Assembly: GCA_016748015.1 (NCBI GenBank)
Contig: JAAOMT010000591.1
Span: 667,050-731,049 of the forward strand
DNA length: 64,000 bases
DNA from: Geosiphon pyriformis uo1
Taxonomy: Eukaryota; Fungi; Glomeromycota
Reading direction: 5' to 3'
Below are positions 60,628 to 64,000 of the stretch, one piece after another. The notes under the pieces are model-generated. The model made no database searches, was not told where the DNA came from, and worked only from the letters and a program-made list of their open reading frames with translations. A program made the position numbers and the translations under genes. Each line of letters starts with the position of its first letter. The first letter of the stretch is position 1.

Positions 60628-63600
60628 TGTTATGGGTTGGAGTAATAAGCTAATGGATAGCAAGAGAGAACAGAATTGTAAAGTGATGAAAGAAATCAAA
60701 GAGAATTTAACTTCAAAAAACAAATTGAATAAATATGAATTTAATGTATAAAATCAGTTTCATAAAATATCTTAGTCACTATACTTTTCAAAAGATAAGC
60801 AGAAATTTGAAGGTAGAGAGATAGTCTATACTGTCAACAAATAATCACACACTAATATAATTCTATGCTTTATATTGGTGCTCTTAAAATTCAATATCAG
60901 ATATCAGATATATTCTTCAGTCATGTTTTATTTAATAATTTTCAAATGCTGCAATTACACATTTTAGAAAAAGAGTAAAAAATAACCAACAAGTAATTTT
61001 TTATTCTAAGATGTTCAGATACTTGAAGGTAGGAAAAGGGAAATTAGTGATAAAAGAATGATTGAGATAAAAGTTGTTATTTCATTTCTTTTTTTTCTTT
61101 AATTCTTATATGTTTTTCTATAACTAAGAGATTCATCACTTATATAGCTATCAAAAGTGGTGAATGATCAGGTCAATGATCAGGTTAATGATCAGGTCAA
61201 CAGTCAGATCATTGATCAGGTCAATAATTACTATCTAAAAATAGAGTAGCTAATTATATAACATTAGTGGCTAATACATGTGATAATTAATAAGAAATAT
61301 AGGTTTCAATCATAAAATCATTCTCTCCAAAGAGATTGAGCTCCAGCAAAATTAGGCTATTCATGATGTAATCTATTTGAAAAGTTTTATTTAACTCAAA
61401 GCTAACTAGTTTATTGAAGTTTTTTGTAAATAAGGTATATAATACTTGAGACAAAATACATAAAAACTCTTTCTTTCCTAATTTTTATAATTATGACCAG
61501 AGCTAAAAGTAAAAAAGCTGCAAATATTATTTTCCTATAATAACTAATAATGTTTTAATAAGAGAGGATCTTTCTGTTATTAAAACAGCTAGACAAAACA
61601 TTTTGGCTACATTTTTTTTAAAGAATATTAGTAAAAAGCTGCCTTTAGCAGCTTTTGGTTTATTTTTTTCATCTTTGGCTAGTAGTTCTTCAGTCAAAGT
61701 CCCTTCCAAAAAACACACTTAGGTTAGTTCCAGTGTTGTTTCTACTACTTCTAAGAGCCCAAAAATTTTTAATAACAGACCAGTTAACAAATTGGTCTTT
61801 CCTGCTTTCACCACTCTTATTACTACTACCACCACTACTGTTTCACAAATAGCTGCAAAAGCCAAAAATTCAAAAAAACAGTAACTGGCACTCACAACTG
61901 CTTTGGTCACACTGAATCTTTTTGTGGTTTCAGATAAGATCTTAAGTAAGATCTCCACAGCAGCAGCTAGCTCTCTTTCTGATATGGATAACAATAGCAG
62001 CAGCATATCTCCCAAAATGAACTAATATTAACCATTAGCTGTGTTGTCAGATATCCAATTCTGGAAGCAAAACAGTCCATCAATTCAGATGATCTTAAAG
62101 ATTGGGCTGATCAGATAAATATGGAATCAATTGCTCCTTCCTCAATTTCTGGTGTTGCTGATAGTAGTGCTTGGGAAAATATAAATGATTATTAAAAGTT
62201 CTCTAGTAGAGAGCCTCCAATCTAGTACTTAGTGCTACATTTAGGATTAAAATGACTCTGCTTAATTTCTTGTTTTAGTTGTTACCAGACTGTATTGGGT
62301 TTAAGTCTGTTTTAAGAGATGCCATTAAGTTGTTTTGTGTAGAATTTGCATCTTAAGAGTATCTAAATGATGCTATTAAAGTGGCCATTGGTAATGAGAT
62401 TTTCTTAACCACTCTTAAGATTGCAAGATTTTTTGATGTGGCTTTTGTCTTTTCCCTTCCTTTGTCATGATATACCTTTGAGTACCTCTTTTGATAATAT
62501 CAAAGCTGCTTTTGGTGGTTTTGGTGTTGTTACTTTAGTCAAGTTAAAGCCTGTTGGCTTGTGACAATATGCTGTAATTTAATTTAAAAATGCTTTTTTT
62601 GCTGCTGTTGCTCTTGGTTACTGGTCAGTATTGGTCAGAAAAGACAGTATTAAAATTTTATCTTTAGTTAACCAAAAGGAGGTTATTGTTTCAAGAGACA
62701 CTTTTAAGGCTAAGTTGGTCAATCTTCCTTTTGGCTGTACTGCCTATGAGATTAGTGATTTGGTCTTTCAAATTGGTGGCCATATTTGTTTTATTTCCTG
62801 CTTCCCTGAGTCATACCAGCATTAATGGTTTGTTGTGGTTATCTTTGATTCTTTAGAATCTTTGAACTTTGCTGTATCAAAAACTGGTACTCTACATAGT
62901 TGTCACATTTGATGGGAAACTCTTGGATGTCACTACTGCTACAAATGTCAAGATTTGGATTATTTGGCTGTGAATTGCAAAGTGTTGCCACTTTTTTCTT
63001 CCAAAGTTTTTTTCAACTCTGTTAATAGTTCTAAAGTTTTCGAATTTTCATTTGCTGGTGCTAAATCCTATGCTAAAGCTGTTTCTGTGATTCTTCTAAT
63101 TGCTTCTGCTGCTGATGTGGATTCTGTAATTGGTGCACCTTCCAAAGCTAGATTACTCTTGGTTCCTGTTGTTTCCCTTGTTCTAAATTCTGTTGTTGAA
63201 TCTAGGTTGGCTTCTATGGAATTTCATTTTGATAAGTTGTTTTTATTGATCAAGTCTATAATTGAATCTGTTGGTTCTCTGGTTGTTTTGGTTATCAAAC
63301 TGCTGTTTATTCTGCCTGCTGTGGATGTGATAATAGATGAAAGTTTGATTGAAGTAGAAAAACAAGTCAAAGTTGTAACTGCTGTGGTTTCCATGCTGTA
63401 AAGAGACATGAGATCTCTGAGGAAAAAGTGTGACCAGGTTTCTTTGGAAAAAGCATTTAATGATAAAAACATGGATGATAATAATGATGATGATAAAGAT
63501 TTTTCAGTTTATAATGACACCTTTAATGTTATGATACATTTATAGGAGAATTAGCTTTCTAGTATCAAGTTCAATTCTGATAAGACTGCTAAGTAAATGA

Positions 63601-64000
63601 GTGATATGGTTAAGAATAGTTATGAGCTTGTTAGTATTATAAGTAAGATATATGAATTAGATATGTTTAACACATTATGTAGCAAAAGTAATACTAGTAT
63701 GTAGTTAGGGCTTTTCACTTATGATTAGCTGCATTTTGTGATTTTGTATTATTGGATAAGCTGGCTTTATAAAAGTGCCATATTACTGTAGACATAATTA
63801 ATAAATGACCAGTGTGGCTACATGTTAACACAAAAAAAAAATACTTGAGGTGAAATGAGTTTTGTATCCAAGAAACCAAATCTTTGTATTAGGGTTTTGG
63901 TTTTTTTAGCAATAGTTAAAACTCTTGGGACATCTAACTGTATAATGTTCCAAATTTTTGCCTGTATCTTTAAAGTGGTTTTTTTCATGAGTTTTATATT
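60628..64000 (-). mobile_element. Element J: 3' end (ORF3, PPT) of another Fam3 unit sharing LTR 60628-61317 with G; runs off the window
   Basis: 61318-61457 and 63840-64000 match Fam3 PPT and ORF3, immediately adjoining the LTR. Confidence 0.82.
61458..63839 (+). mobile_element. ORF1-only poly(A) non-LTR retroelement; degenerate ORF1 61493-63704
   Basis: 17-bp TSD (61441-61457 / 63840-63856) and A-tail at 63832. RRM-like segments (AKLVNLPFGCTAYEI), CYKCQDLDYLAVNC knuckle and a coiled coil. No EN or RT motifs. Confidence 0.8.

Larger units (their letters stand above)
41815..61317 (-). mobile_element. Element G: Fam3 LTR retrotransposon (gag ~60575-59022, pol 59034-56345, IN 56279-~54968, ORF3 54925-54270); 3' LTR split by element D
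   Basis: Upstream LTR 60628-61317 and PBS 60605-60621. 3' LTR 41815-42411 plus 54254-54300. Flank ATAT. Confidence 0.9.

Overview
This is AT-rich eukaryotic DNA, most likely from an early-diverging fungus (Glomeromycota/Geosiphon-like; the taxon is inferred from gene content and TE style). About 90% of the window is a nested pile of decayed retroelements around a ~5.4 kb host island (32688-38102). The island holds a nuclear RNase P RNA gene, a DLT1-like gene, SPC3 and BCS1. Ten copies or fragments of three related Ty3/Gypsy families can be delimited by LTRs (TGTTAC...GTAACA), PBS, PPT and 4-bp TSDs: Fam1 = A, D; Fam2 = E; Fam3 = B, C, F, G, H, I, J. There are also two LINE ORF2 fragments and an ORF1-only poly(A) retroelement. 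The strongest signal is an architecture shared by all three LTR families. Pol stops exactly 4 codons after the RNase H 'LSR' motif, the integrase restarts as its own 'MD...' ORF after a short non-coding spacer, and a third, non-env ORF follows and runs up to or into the 3' LTR. Fam1 and Fam2 also carry a Cys-rich domain plus dUTPase between protease and RT, and Fam3 uses a U_UUA_AAC -1 frameshift. All TEs show heavy C>T/G>A decay, which fades at the edges of the gene island. All coordinates were read by eye.
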